DNA of 64,000 nucleotides from Cyclobacteriaceae bacterium (GTDB taxonomy: Bacteria; Bacteroidota; Bacteroidia; Cytophagales; Cyclobacteriaceae): the NCBI GenBank assembly GCA_965229505.1, contig OZ245881.1, positions 4,050,675-4,114,674 of the forward strand, written 5' to 3'. Of this stretch, positions 63,314-64,000 are shown piece by piece (position 1 is the first letter of the stretch; every line of letters begins with the position of its first letter). Under the pieces are notes generated by a model, which was not told the origin of the DNA, did no database searches, and worked only from the letters and a program-made list of their open reading frames with translations. The position numbers and the translations under genes are program-made.

Positions 63314-64000
63314 TTATCCGACTTTCATTTTTTTCATTTCAGTTTCAATAGCGCCTTTGTAGGGATGAAAATCTACCTGCAAAGTATGCCTGACAGATTT
63401 TTTATAGCGTTTCGCCATATGATCTGTATCCTTTTGTATCGAATTGCGCATCTGATCTGGTGAGGGCAACTTGCATTGTCCGGTGATCAGTTTGCTGATC
63501 CACTTGCTCTGGACTTCCGCCAGTGGCATGATAGCGCCTAGCGGCTGAATGAGTCCGAGGAAGAACAGTCCCTGGTGATCAGGATGGATTACTTTTTTGT
63601 ACAGCCTGATATCGTTAGTTTGCTCCACATCAAAGGCATTCATGTGCTTCAGGAATGGAAAACTAACGCGATAGCCGGTGGCATAGATAATGATATCAAA
63701 ATCTTGCTCGGAACCATCCTCAAAGCAGACGGTTTTACCTTTAAATTCTTTGATGTTGGGCTTGAAATCCACGAGACCCCTACCGGCAATATTGAGTAAG
63801 TCTTGGGAGAGGGTAGGATGCTCACTGAGAAGTGGCCGTTTAGGCTTAGGCACCCCATAGTCTTCTTGCCGTCCGCGAGCCAGCCATAGGGTAGTGGCGA
63901 GGAGCTTCCGCTGGAGCCACAAGGGTAGCCTGGCCGTGATTGGATTGGCAAGATTATCAAAAGGAATGCTCCAAATCCAGTTGGGCGTGATGTGTGCACC
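63314..64000 (-). CDS. Flavin-containing monooxygenase, C-terminal part. The 5' end is beyond the window edge.
   Basis: IIYATGYRVSFPFL and LFFLGLIQPLGAIMPLAEVQSKW are FMO-typical. By my translation the frame stays open from 63923 to 64000. Confidence 0.75.
   Translation of the reverse strand, partial: GAHITPNWIWSIPFDNLANPITARLPLWLQRKLLATTLWLARGRQEDYGVPKPKRPLLSEHPTLSQDLLNIAGRGLVDFKPNIKEFKGKTVCFEDGSEQDFDIIIYATGYRVSFPFLKHMNAFDVEQTNDIRLYKKVIHPDHQGLFFLGLIQPLGAIMPLAEVQSKWISKLITGQCKLPSPDQMRNSIQKDTDHMAKRYKKSVRHTLQVDFHPYKGAIETEMKKMKVG

Noticed and set aside
1-64000. Search for CRISPR arrays, tRNA/rRNA genes, IS elements, integrases, prophage or conjugation genes, toxin-antitoxin pairs, retron/DGR reverse transcriptases.
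   Set aside because: I saw no regularly spaced direct repeats, no tRNA-like cloverleaf candidates in the spacers I read, and no ORF with transposase, integrase or RT motifs. A tRNAscan/Infernal run would be needed to exclude small RNAs formally.

Overview
This is a 64-kb chromosomal window from what looks like a Bacteroidota genome, possibly Cytophagia-like. The markers are a T9SS C-terminal sorting domain, a Bacteroidetes-type HU-related protein, two PadR + FtsX-permease pairs, an ECF sigma/FecR/TonB-receptor/DUF4249 locus, and TAnnTTTG-like -7 boxes. I call about 55 protein-coding genes. Most are ordinary metabolism or envelope functions: xylB-xylA, ggt, asnB, uppP, mpg, an M19 dipeptidase, a PIG-L deacetylase with an SSS symporter, OmpA-family proteins, a D-aminoacylase, and S10/M48 peptidases. 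I recognised no rRNA, tRNA, CRISPR array, integrase or transposase. All domain calls come from motif recognition by eye, not from searches. The best candidate for something new is a visibly low-GC insertion at about 14492-20233 on the minus strand. It encodes a 1267-aa fused type IIG restriction-modification-specificity enzyme. Its stop overlaps (GTGA) the start of a 391-aa two-TM protein that resembles the 'putative abortive infection AbiC' family. A 151-aa protein with a PD-(D/E)XK-like motif follows 13 nt later. The island is bounded by a four-copy ATGCCTA hairpin array and an HU-like gene. Secondary items: two paralogous PadR-permease operons, each preceded by a long perfect inverted repeat overlapping a -7-like box; unannotated small ORFs (a 42-aa TM peptide coupled to the SSS symporter and a 59-aa basic lipoprotein); a low-GC sulP islet with long non-coding flanks; an orphan SiaB/RsbW-like kinase plus a coiled-coil membrane protein; an NrtR-like regulator with a degenerate Nudix box; and a structured terminator-capped spacer after xylA.
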